Shown: positions 33,106 to 42,309 of the stretch, piece by piece | Layout: every line of letters starts with the position of its first letter | How positions within the stretch are numbered: the first letter of the stretch is position 1 | Origin: an uncultured Gemmatimonadales bacterium | GTDB lineage: Bacteria; Gemmatimonadota; Gemmatimonadetes; Gemmatimonadales; GWC2-71-9 | Direction of reading: 5' to 3' | Assembly: GCA_963821525.1 (NCBI GenBank) | Contig: CAWGED010000014.1 | Location: 32,001 to 96,000, forward strand | DNA length: 64,000 bases | Position numbers and translations under genes: made by a program | The notes under the pieces: generated by a model | Seen by the model: the letters and a program-made list of their open reading frames with translations, nothing else | Database searches by the model: none | What the model was told of the DNA's origin: nothing

Positions 33106-34663
33106 ATGACCCACCACGCCGGCATCCTCATCATCGACTTCGGGTCCCAGTACACCCAGCTCATCGCGCGGCAGGGTGCGGGAGGCGCAGGGTCTACTGC
33201 GAAATCCATCCGCCATCTCGCCCGGTGGAATGGATTCGCGAGTGGAAGCCCAAGGGGATCATTCTTTCGGGCGGGCCCAATTCGGTGTACGGCGACAACG
33301 TCCCCACCGCCGAGCCGGCCCTGCTCGAGCTGGGCACGCCGGTGCTCGGCCTCTGCTACGGTATGCAGCTGCTGGCCCATCTCTCCGGGGGGAAGGTTGA
33401 ACGGGCGGCCCGCCGGGAATACGGCCGGGCGATGATCGAGATCAAGGGCGGGAAGCTGTTCCATGGCTTCGGCGACGGGCGAGGAAACCCCGGTCTGGAT
33501 GAGCCACGGGGATCACGTGGATACGGCTCCTCCGGGTTACCGGGTTACCGCGTCGAGCGCCAATGCGCCGGTTGCGGGATTCGAGCATACCACGAAGCCG
33601 CTCTACGGCGTGCAGTTCCACCCGGAAGTGGCGCACACCCCGCGAGGCGGAGAGATCCTCCACAACTTCCTCTTCGAGGTCTGCGGCTGCGTTCCCGATT
33701 GGACGCCGGGTAACTTCATCGAAGGAGAGATCGCCCGGATCCGCGAGCTGGTGAAGCCCGATCAGCGGGTGATTTGCGGCCTGTCAGGCGGGGTGGATTC
33801 CTCGGTAGCCGCGGTGCTGGTCCATCGTGCGGTCGGCGACCGGCTCACCTGCATCTTCGTGGACCACGGCCTGCTTCGGCTGCATGAGCGTGACCAGGTC
33901 GAGCACACCTTCCGCCGCCACCTGGGGATCGATCTCCGGGTCGTGGACGCCGGCGCCCAGTTCCTCGCGGACCTCGACGGCATCACCGATCCCGAGCTCA
34001 AGCGGAAGAAGATCGGGCACCGCTTCATCGACGTCTTCGAAGCCGAAGCGAAGAAGGTCGGCTCCGGCGTCGCCTACCTGGTGCAGGGGACGCTCTATCC
34101 CGACGTCATCGAGTCCATGTCCCCGCTGGGTGGGCCGTCGGTCACGATCAAGACCCATCACAACGTGGGCGGGCTTCCCGAGAAGCTTCCCTTCAAGCTG
34201 ATCGAGCCGCTGCGGGAGTTGTTCAAGGACGAGGTCAGGCAGGTAGGGCGCGAGTTGGGATTGCCCGACGAGATGGTGGGCCGCCATCCGTTCCCCGGAC
34301 CGGGCCTCGCGATCCGGGTGGTCGGCGACATCACGCCGGCCAACCTCGACATCCTCCGCCGAGCCGACCACATCTACATCGAGGAGATTCGCGCGGCCGG
34401 ACTGTACGACGAAATCTGGCAGGCCTTCGCGGTGCTGCTCCCGATCCGCTCGGTAGGGGTCCAGGGCGACGAGCGGAGCTACGACCAGGTGGTCGCGCTG
34501 CGCGCCGTCACCAGCCGGGATGGCATGACGGCCGACTGGTACTGCCTTCCCGCCCGAAGTCCTGGCCCGCATCTCGAACCGAATCGCCAACGAAGTGGAA
34601 GGGGTGAACCGGGTGGTGTACGACGTGAGCTCGAAGCCGCCTGCCACGATCGAATGGGAATAA
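33106..34663 (+). CDS. guaA: GMP synthase (glutamine-hydrolysing); several indels
   Basis: [58 protein letters not shown]. Confidence 0.95.
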
Positions 34664-34680
34664 CGGGAAGCACCTAGGGA

Positions 34681-34786
34681 GATTTCAGATTGAAGATTTC
34701 AGATTGAGGATTGAAAACGGAGGTCGTCCTAGATCAGAAGCAGAGGCAGTTCAATCTGCAATCTGAAATCTTCAATCTTCAATCCC
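34681..34786. repeat. Inverted heptamer arrays (GATTTCA GATTGAA)n ... (CAATCTG/AAATCTT)n between convergent genes
   Basis: Arms at about 34681-34715 and 34751-34786. Confidence 0.9.
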
Positions 34787-35239
34787 TCAAACTCCCTTCT
34801 CCTCCAGCATCTCAAAAAACCCCTCGGCCGTCTGCAGTTTCGCCAGCCGTTCCGGGACATCGGGATCCTTGGCGAACTGGGCGATCTTGCCCAGGATCGG
34901 CAGGTACTGGTTGCTCACTTCGATAGGCGGGGCCACGATCAGGAAGAAGTGATGCACCGGCAGGCCGTCGATCGCGTCGTAGGCAACCCCGACGGGATGA
35001 TGGCCGTACGCGAGGCGGACATTGTTCACCACGAGCGAGCGCCCGTGAGGAATGGCGATTCCTCGTCCGACCCCGGTTGAGCCCAGCTCTTCACGCCGGG
35101 ACAGGATCTTGACCAGTGTCGCCGCCGAGCGCTCGTCGAGCTTCAGCAGGTCCACTAATTCGTTCAGGATATCTCCCCGGGTGGTGCCGCTCAGGTCGAG
35201 CCGCACGCTCTCCGGAGTGAAGAATTCATGTAAGCGCAT
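34787..35239 (-). CDS. PTS EIIA (Ntr/Fru-type) protein
   Basis: REELGSTGVGRGIAIPHGR phospho-His motif. Confidence 0.9.
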   Translation of the reverse strand: MRLHEFFTPESVRLDLSGTTRGDILNELVDLLKLDERSAATLVKILSRREELGSTGVGRGIAIPHGRSLVVNNVRLAYGHHPVGVAYDAIDGLPVHHFFLIVAPPIEVSNQYLPILGKIAQFAKDPDVPERLAKLQTAEGFFEMLEEKGV

Positions 35240-35249
35240 GGAGGCAAAG

Positions 35250-35279
35250 AAGCTACATCGCCCTCTGGCGCACTGTCAA
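35250..35279 (-). promoter_or_regulatory. Sigma70 promoter of the EIIA gene
   Basis: TTGACA-N18-TAGCTT, ending 10 nt before the ATG. Confidence 0.6.
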
Positions 35280-35368
35280 ACCAGCCCGAGATCAAGCGGA
35301 AGTCCATGCCGCCGCCCCCTCCATCGGCTCACTTTGCCCCTCCCAGTTCTTGTCGTATCTTATTGGCC

Positions 35369-36355
35369 ATGAAGCAGTTCCCCTATCCCTCCGAGCACAG
35401 CATCCCGCTGCTCCTGGCCCCGATGGCCGGGGTATCGGAAGCGCCGTTCCGCCAGATCTGCCGCGGGATGGGCGCCGATGTCGTGCTGTCCGAGTTCCTG
35501 AGCTCGGAGGCCATCCGCCGGCGGATTCGTCGCACCCTGGAGGGCGCCGAATTCGAAGAGTGTGAGCGTCCGATCGGCATCCAGATCTACGGCTCCGATC
35601 CGCAGGCGATGGCGGAGGCGACGGCGCTGATCACCGAGCATTACAAGCCAGAATTCGTGGACATCAATTTCGGTTGCCCGGTGAAGAAGGTGGTGCAGCG
35701 GAACGGCGGATCAGGTTGTCTCCGCGACATGGATCTGGTGGAGCGAATCGTCCGCGCGTGCATTGGCGCGACACACCTGCCGGTGACGGTTAAGACCCGG
35801 AGCGGCTGGAACGACGAGCTGCGCGATCCGGTCGGCATCGCCCTACGCATGCAGGACGCCGGCGCGCGCGCGTTCACCCTGCACGCCCGCACCAGGACCC
35901 AGATGTTCGGTGGGCGCGCCGATTGGGATGAAATTGCCGAGGTGACGGAGGCACTCGACATCCCGGTCATCGGCAACGGAGACATCCAGACCGCCGACGA
36001 TGTCGTTCGGATGCGGCAGCACACCGGGTGCGCCGGCATCATGATCGGTCGGGGAGCCTTTGGAAATCCCTGGCTCTTCCGCGATGCCCAGGCGTTGCTG
36101 GCAGGAAAGCCTCGGCCACTCGCACCCGACGCCGCCGAGCGGTTCCGGGTGGCGCTGCAGCACGCCCGCCTCGCGATCCGGCTTCAGGGCGACAGCCGCA
36201 AGACGGTCATCGAATTCCGCAAGCACTTTGGGTGGTACACCAAGGGCCTGCACGGTGCGAGCGATCTCCGCGCGCGGCTCTTCCAGGTCGAAACCATGGC
36301 CGAGGCCGAGGAAATCTTCGCATCCTACCTCGGCCCGATCGCTCAGGTGGCGTGA
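35369..36355 (+). CDS. dusB: tRNA-dihydrouridine synthase
   Basis: LAPMAGVS, DINFGCP, HARTR, IGNGDI, MIGRGA. Confidence 0.93.
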   Translation: MKQFPYPSEHSIPLLLAPMAGVSEAPFRQICRGMGADVVLSEFLSSEAIRRRIRRTLEGAEFEECERPIGIQIYGSDPQAMAEATALITEHYKPEFVDINFGCPVKKVVQRNGGSGCLRDMDLVERIVRACIGATHLPVTVKTRSGWNDELRDPVGIALRMQDAGARAFTLHARTRTQMFGGRADWDEIAEVTEALDIPVIGNGDIQTADDVVRMRQHTGCAGIMIGRGAFGNPWLFRDAQALLAGKPRPLAPDAAERFRVALQHARLAIRLQGDSRKTVIEFRKHFGWYTKGLHGASDLRARLFQVETMAEAEEIFASYLGPIAQVA

Positions 36356-37119
36356 CTCGCGACCAGCTCGAGCGGCTGTTGGGCGATGTGGCCGCTGGGC
36401 GCCTGGACGCCGCCGCAGCACTCGATCGGTTGCGGCACTTTCCCACGGAGCAGCTTCCCTTCGCCCAGCTCGATCATCATCGCAGCCTGCGGCAGGGGCA
36501 TCCTGAAGTCATCTTCTGCGAGGGGAAAACCGTCGAGCAGGTCGGGGCCATCGCCGAACGATTGGTCGCGGCCAGCGGCGGATTCCTGGGAACTCGCGCG
36601 ACTCCGGAACAGGCCGCCGCCCTCGAGGCGCGATTTCCCGAGCTGCAGTGGAATCCGCTGGGGCGGACCGTCTACCTCCCGTCTCCCGCTGCGGTATCTT
36701 CGCCGGGCACCGGAGACCTGCTCATCGTCTCGGCGGGAACCAGCGATCTCCCCGTTGCCGAGGAAGCTGCGGCGACCGCGACGGCATTCGGGCTCTGCGT
36801 TGGACGGCTTACCGACATCGGTGTCGCCGGCATTCACCGCCTCCTGAATCAGAGCCGGCGGCTTGCCCAGGCTGATGCAGTGATCGTCGTCGCCGGAATG
36901 GAAGGCGCATTGCCGAGCGTCGTGGGCGGGATGGTATCGGTGCCGGTGATCGCGGTGCCGACCAGCGTCGGCTATGGCGCGTCCTTCGGGGGTCTGGCGG
37001 CACTCCTCGCGATGCTGAACTCCTGCGCCGCAGGCGTCACGGTGGTCAACATCGACAATGGATTCGGCGCGGCGGTCGCGGCGAGCCGCATTCTGAGCAA
37101 GCGACCGCCGTCGGCCTGA
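36352..37119 (+). CDS. larB: LarB-like (PurE-related) carboxylase
   Basis: [49 protein letters not shown]. Confidence 0.9.
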   Translation: MTRDQLERLLGDVAAGRLDAAAALDRLRHFPTEQLPFAQLDHHRSLRQGHPEVIFCEGKTVEQVGAIAERLVAASGGFLGTRATPEQAAALEARFPELQWNPLGRTVYLPSPAAVSSPGTGDLLIVSAGTSDLPVAEEAAATATAFGLCVGRLTDIGVAGIHRLLNQSRRLAQADAVIVVAGMEGALPSVVGGMVSVPVIAVPTSVGYGASFGGLAALLAMLNSCAAGVTVVNIDNGFGAAVAASRILSKRPPSA

Positions 37120-37120
37120 T

Positions 37121-38041
37121 ATGCTGCGGACGATCTTCGCAACCGAGAATCCCAAATTCTGCTGGCTGGACCTGGTCGAGCCCACGAAGGCTGACCTCGA
37201 GGAGATCGTTCGGCGCTACGGGCTCTACCCGACCGCCGTGGCAGACTGTATGGATCCGGAGCATCTGCCGAAGTTCGAGCGCTACGATGGCACCAGCTTC
37301 GTCATCCTGCGGGCCATCGACGAGAAAGCGGGTCCCGGAGCGGTGAGCATCCAGGCCCTGACCAGGAAGGTGGCCATTTTCTTCGGCCCGGAGTTCCTGA
37401 TCACCATTCACCGCAAAGAGCAGGAGTATCTCCAAAAGCTCCAGGCCGCGTGGTCGGCCAAGTACTCGGCTCCCACCCCGCCCGCCCAGCCGATGCCGGA
37501 ATTGCTGGTCGATATCATGAACCAGGCGATCGAGACTTACGAGAAGCCGCTGGAGGAAGCCGAAGCGGGGATGGACAAGTTCGAGGCCGGGTTGTTCCGG
37601 ACCCAGAAGGTCACCCTCATTCTCCGCGAGATCTACTTGCTGAAGCGGCGGGTGACGCTGGCCAAACGCATGCTTTGGAAGATGCTTGCCACGACAACCC
37701 GGCTGGCGGCCGGAGCGGAGCGTGGTTCGACCTTGTTTCAGGATCTGCGGGAGAATGCCGAAAGCATGCACTTCTACGCCGACGAGCTGCTCGAGGACGT
37801 GAACAACCTGCTCCACATGCAGCTTTCTCTCGCCTCGCATCGCGGCAATGAGGTGATGCGGGTCCTCACCATCTTCTCGGCGTTCTTTCTGCCGCTCACG
37901 TTTGTGGTCGGGATCTACGGCATGAATTTCCATTTCATGCCGGAGCTCAATAAGACCTGGGGTTACCCCATGGTCTGGGGGCTCATGGTTCTCATTGCTC
38001 TCGGGATCTTCGTGTGGTTCCGGAGAAAGGGGTGGTTGTGA
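37121..38041 (+). CDS. CorA family Mg2+/Co2+ transporter
   Basis: NEVMRVLT...GIYGMNF and two C-terminal TM helices. Confidence 0.92.
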   Translation: MLRTIFATENPKFCWLDLVEPTKADLEEIVRRYGLYPTAVADCMDPEHLPKFERYDGTSFVILRAIDEKAGPGAVSIQALTRKVAIFFGPEFLITIHRKEQEYLQKLQAAWSAKYSAPTPPAQPMPELLVDIMNQAIETYEKPLEEAEAGMDKFEAGLFRTQKVTLILREIYLLKRRVTLAKRMLWKMLATTTRLAAGAERGSTLFQDLRENAESMHFYADELLEDVNNLLHMQLSLASHRGNEVMRVLTIFSAFFLPLTFVVGIYGMNFHFMPELNKTWGYPMVWGLMVLIALGIFVWFRRKGWL

Positions 38042-39489
38042 TGTCGCTCGCGTCCGGTGGCAATCTGGGCTGGTTCGCTGGCGGTGCGGTCGCGGCCGCG
38101 GTTCTCCTTCGCTTCATGAAGCGCTCCCGGAGTGGGATCGGACCCGGCACCGACCCTTCGCTGTTGCCCGAGCCGGGCCTCGACTGGTTGCGGCGGGCGC
38201 ATGGCGCGAAGGGTGTCTGGATATCGGAGCGGGCCCGGCCCGGCGAGGCGACCGTCTGGCATCGCGCCATTTCGGAAAAGATCCTTTCTCCGGCCCACGT
38301 GGCCGTGGTGGAGCAGCGACTCACCCAGGCGGTAGAGCAGGGAACCAGCGGCGCCGAGCGACTCGAGGCGGGGACCCTGCTCTTCGGTTCAGCAGGAGGA
38401 GTTGTCGCCGGAGTTCTCCTTCCCGCCGGCGCCCCACAGCCGAGCCTCGATCTCGCAGGTGAAGATCTGCTGCAGCTGCTGGAGGGAGCGGCCCGCCGTC
38501 CGATCCTGGCTCGCATCGAAGCCGAGAGCGAGCGGCCCATCGAGTCGCTCGGCAGCATCGCGCTCCGGCTGGCCTATCAGCTGGAACGGATTCTCGATGC
38601 CGAAGTGATCGTGGCTGTCGTGACGGGAGACGCCGTCAAGGTGATGGGCGTTTCGGGCCGTGCGGATCGCCGGCTGCTCGAAACCACTGCCGTTGCGGGC
38701 AGCCCGCTCGATCAGGTGGCCAGGGGAGAAGTCCGCCAGCTCTCGACGATCGCGGACCCACTGGGTGGCATCGTCCCCGACCGGCGCTCGCGCTTTACCC
38801 CGGCACTGATTCTTCCGATTCGGAGCGGGGAAGAGTTGTCGGGAGAAGTGGTCGGTGCCGTCGCCTTCTGGCCGGAAGACGACTCGGCCCCGGTAGGCCC
38901 CGTTATCGCGGAGGTGCAAGAGGCGATGCGGAACGCGGGACCGCGGATTGTGCGGGCGCTCGAATTCGAGGCCAAGGACGTAACCGCGATGTCTGATCCA
39001 CTCACGGGGCTCAAGAACCGGCGAGCCCTGGAAGACCTGATGGGACGGATGGGTGTGCAGCAGGCCAGTCTCATCTACTGCGACATCGACAAGTTCAAGA
39101 CGCTTAACGACGCGCTCGGCCATCCAGCGGGTGACGCGGCTTTGGTACACTTTTCCCGGCTCTTGAGCGACCAGATCCGCGGCGCCGACACCGCCGCGAG
39201 GATCGGGGGAGAGGAATTCGCCGTGTGGCTGCCGGGCGCGACCCTGGCGTACGGCGCTCGGATCGCCGATCGAATCAGGATCAAGCTGGGGACTACTCCC
39301 TGGGATTGGCAGGGCCGGCAGTGGCCCCTCAGCGCGTCGTTCGGTGTTGCGGCGGTGCCGGATACCTCGCGCAGCATCGGCAACCTGGCGGCCCAGGCGG
39401 ATGCGGCGCTCATGATCGCCAAGCGGGACGGGCGGAACCGCGTGGAGCTGGCGCGAAGGCTCGATCCCAGCCCGGCCGGATTGGCCTAA
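38041..39489 (+). CDS. Diguanylate cyclase with GAF-like N-terminal region
   Basis: DPLTGL, DIDKFK, RGAD I-site five residues before GGEEF. Confidence 0.9.
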   Translation: MSLASGGNLGWFAGGAVAAAVLLRFMKRSRSGIGPGTDPSLLPEPGLDWLRRAHGAKGVWISERARPGEATVWHRAISEKILSPAHVAVVEQRLTQAVEQGTSGAERLEAGTLLFGSAGGVVAGVLLPAGAPQPSLDLAGEDLLQLLEGAARRPILARIEAESERPIESLGSIALRLAYQLERILDAEVIVAVVTGDAVKVMGVSGRADRRLLETTAVAGSPLDQVARGEVRQLSTIADPLGGIVPDRRSRFTPALILPIRSGEELSGEVVGAVAFWPEDDSAPVGPVIAEVQEAMRNAGPRIVRALEFEAKDVTAMSDPLTGLKNRRALEDLMGRMGVQQASLIYCDIDKFKTLNDALGHPAGDAALVHFSRLLSDQIRGADTAARIGGEEFAVWLPGATLAYGARIADRIRIKLGTTPWDWQGRQWPLSASFGVAAVPDTSRSIGNLAAQADAALMIAKRDGRNRVELARRLDPSPAGLA

Positions 39490-39509
39490 GCGGTTGATCA
39501 GGTTAGATT
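39481..39509 (+). promoter_or_regulatory. Putative ssrA promoter
   Basis: TTGGCC-N17-TAGATT, 11 nt before the mature 5' end. Confidence 0.55.
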
Positions 39510-39520
39510 TGTGATCACCC

Positions 39521-39881
39521 GGGGGCGACTGGTTTCGACGGGTTTGAAGAAGGAATTGCTGCGTGCCCAGGTCCAGGTTCCTGGTTAAACCGCTTGGAAA
39601 CATTCAATTGCCAACTCTGAATTGGCGCTGGCTGCATAAGCTGAGCTAGACTCGCTTATCGCACCACCAGTGAGCAGAGCCCGCCCGGGGCGCTGACCGC
39701 TGGACGAAAATCCGGGCTGGCGTGCCGTGGTGCTCCACCACGGAGCGTGAGATCTCAGGAGATAGGTTGCGGGCAGGTCGGTGCTTCACCGGCCCGTGAC
39801 GACGGAAAGAAGAAGTGCCTACGCACGTAGATGTGGTTCTGGAAGCTGACTCGGACGAGGGTTCGATTCCCTCCGCCTCCA
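39521..39881 (+). ncRNA. ssrA: tmRNA; tag peptide ANSELALAA (39610-39639); CCA not encoded
   Basis: 5' GGGGGCGACTGGTTTCGAC, 3' GAGGGTTCGATTCCCTCCGCCTCCA, acceptor stem with G-U pair, tag ORF ending LAA-stop. Confidence 0.97.
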
Positions 39882-39888
39882 CTGTCCA

Positions 39889-39940
39889 AGCAAAAGCGGG
39901 AAAACGGGAACCGGGGATCCCTGTTCCCGCTTTTTGTTTG
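39889..39940 (+). terminator. Intrinsic terminator after ssrA, built from GGGAAC-type heptamers
   Basis: aaaagcgggaa...ttcccgctttttgttt. Confidence 0.75.
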
Positions 39941-40087
39941 GCTCCCGTCATCCCCTCGTCATCCGATCCGCTACATTGAAGTAGACGTGCGCTCACTCCT
40001 CCTAGCGGGACCTGGCATCGCCATCGTCCGACCACTCGCCTCCACTATTGGAGGCGAGTTTGTGCATTGCCGGGGAAGCGAGGCCTG

Positions 40088-41281
40088 ATGCTCTTTCTGC
40101 TCGCCGCAGGCTCGCTTCTGATTCAGGCGCCAATCCCCGATTCCCTCACTCTGGCCCAGGCGTTGAGCCAGGCGCGCACCGCGCGTGGGCAGGTCATGAC
40201 CGCAACCGCGCGTGTCGCGGCGGCGCGCGCAGGGTTCCGGCAAGCGGGAACGATTCCCAATCCGAATGGCAACTACGAATACACCGAAGATACTCCGCGC
40301 CAGCATTTGACGTTCGACCAGTCGTTCGATTGGCTCCTCACCCGCGGCCCCTCGCGGGACGCAGCCAATGCCTCGATCACCGGAGCCCTCGCCGACTCGG
40401 CCCAGCTCGAAGCCGATCTCGCGGCGGAGGTACGGCGTGCCTTCTACGCCCTGGTGGCTGCCCGGCAGCTCCACGCGCTCGTGGTAGCCCAGGCCGCCAC
40501 AGCCGATACGCTCGCCGGCATGGCGGAACACCGCTTCAAGAGCGGAGATATCTCCCGTTTCGAGGCCGATGCGGCGCTGCTCGAAGCACAACGGGTGCGG
40601 CTCAATCTCTCCCGGGCGCGCGAGGTCGAGACGATAGCGGGGGCCGAATTCAGTCGCACCCTGGGGCTGATGGAAGTGAGTCGTGCCCCGGTGCCTATCG
40701 CCGGGCTCGATGACGGGCTGGATGAGACTGGGCCCCGTCAGGCTCCGACCGAGGCGCTGATCCCGGGTATTCAACGGGCGACAGCGGAATCCACCGCCGC
40801 CACGCTCCGGGTTCGGGCGACCAAACGGGCCTGGATACCGATGCCGAGCGTTGTCGCCGGGGCGGAATGGTCTGATCCCGGCAGCCCGGGAGAAACTCTG
40901 GGTCTGATCGGCGTCTCTCTCCCCATCCCGCTATGGAATCAGGGCGGCGGCAATTCTGCAGCCGCACTCTCTGAGGCCGATGCGGCTGCCGCCGGCGCCC
41001 GGGAAGCGCGTCTCACCGCCAGAGCGTCTCTCGCCACTGCCGAAGTGCGCCTTGCCGAAGCTGCCGAGCGGGCTCGTCTCTCTCGAGACTCCCTTTTCCC
41101 TGCCGCCGGTCGCTTGCGGCAACAGGCGACTCTCGCCTACCAGGCTGGCGAGACCGGAATCCTCCCTGTGATCGAGGCGCTGCGCGCCGAGCGGGAAATC
41201 AGTGCCAGCACGGTGGATGAGCTTCTCTCGTATCAGGAGGCGGTAGCCGAATGGAATCGCCTGGCCGGGGTTGCCCGATGA
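40088..41281 (+). CDS. TolC/CzcC-like outer membrane efflux protein (alternative TTG start 40067)
   Basis: Signal peptide, LTLAQAL, IPNP, VSLPIPLWNQG, YQAGE. Confidence 0.85.
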   Translation: MLFLLAAGSLLIQAPIPDSLTLAQALSQARTARGQVMTATARVAAARAGFRQAGTIPNPNGNYEYTEDTPRQHLTFDQSFDWLLTRGPSRDAANASITGALADSAQLEADLAAEVRRAFYALVAARQLHALVVAQAATADTLAGMAEHRFKSGDISRFEADAALLEAQRVRLNLSRAREVETIAGAEFSRTLGLMEVSRAPVPIAGLDDGLDETGPRQAPTEALIPGIQRATAESTAATLRVRATKRAWIPMPSVVAGAEWSDPGSPGETLGLIGVSLPIPLWNQGGGNSAAALSEADAAAAGAREARLTARASLATAEVRLAEAAERARLSRDSLFPAAGRLRQQATLAYQAGETGILPVIEALRAEREISASTVDELLSYQEAVAEWNRLAGVAR

Positions 41282-42309
41282 GGTGGCAAATTGGTCTCGC
41301 AATCGTGGCCACGGTTGCGGCCTGCGGCAAGAAAGCCGACGACGGGGCCGAACCATCTCCGCTGGTGCCGGTAGGGATCGGCACCGTGGCGAAGGATACG
41401 ATCTCCCAGGTCATCACGCTCACTGGCCGTCTCATGCCGCTCCCGGGCGGTTCGGCGCTGCTCTCGGCCCCGGCAGATGCCATGGTGCGCACGGTCGCGG
41501 TGCAGATCGGAGAACGCGTACGCCAGGGAGAACTCCTCATCGAGCTCGACGCACCCGACCTCGCGGCCAATGCGAAGGCCCTGGTCGCCACCGCAACAAA
41601 CGCCGAACATGAAGCCGCCCGGCAAGAAGATCTCTTCTCCAAGGGAATCACCTCTCGCAAGCAGGTGGATGAGGCTGCGGCCCAGGCAACGAGCGCCCGT
41701 TCCGCGGCTGAAGCGGCGGAGCGGCTGCTGGATCAGGCTCAGGTAAGGAGCCCGCTCGATGGCGGCGTTCAGCGGGTTCTGGTGCATCCCGGCGAACGAG
41801 TCTCGGCTGGAGCGGAACTGGTCGAGGTGATTCGGGGTGGCTCTCTGGATTTCGTCGCCCAGGCAACGGCCGATCAATTGGCCCGACTCAAGACCGGGCA
41901 ATCGGCGTTGGTCACCCCCGAGGGCTCCACTGAGGGACAGGAGGGCAGGGTGCATGCGACCGCTCCCGCGGTGGACATCGCGTCCAACGCCGGCGCGGTC
42001 GTGATCCGTATTGCTCGCGCGGGCCCTGGCCTGCTTCCCGGCGCTGGAGCATCAGCACGGGTCAACCTTGGCCGAAAAGACAGGGTGCTCGTGATCCCAG
42101 ACTCCGCACTCGTATTGGTAGGCGATGTGATGTCGGTGTTCGTGGTGGGCGCCGATTCGGTGGCTCACGCTCACCCCGTCACCGTCGGGGTGCGGCAGAA
42201 GGGACGCGCCGAGGTTTCCGGCGATATCCAGGCCGGGGATCGGGTCGCTACGACAGGAGCCTACGGACTCTCCGACGGGATGCGGGTGGTCCCCATCGTA
42301 CCTCAATGA
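41278..42309 (+). CDS. RND efflux membrane fusion protein (lipoprotein)
   Basis: VAAC lipobox, lipoyl-like GERVRQGELL, RSPLDG, VIPDSAL. Confidence 0.9.
   Translation: MRWQIGLAIVATVAACGKKADDGAEPSPLVPVGIGTVAKDTISQVITLTGRLMPLPGGSALLSAPADAMVRTVAVQIGERVRQGELLIELDAPDLAANAKALVATATNAEHEAARQEDLFSKGITSRKQVDEAAAQATSARSAAEAAERLLDQAQVRSPLDGGVQRVLVHPGERVSAGAELVEVIRGGSLDFVAQATADQLARLKTGQSALVTPEGSTEGQEGRVHATAPAVDIASNAGAVVIRIARAGPGLLPGAGASARVNLGRKDRVLVIPDSALVLVGDVMSVFVVGADSVAHAHPVTVGVRQKGRAEVSGDIQAGDRVATTGAYGLSDGMRVVPIVPQ

Noticed and set aside
39845..39881. tRNA gene
   Set aside because: The T-arm and acceptor strand belong to tmRNA; there is no anticodon arm.
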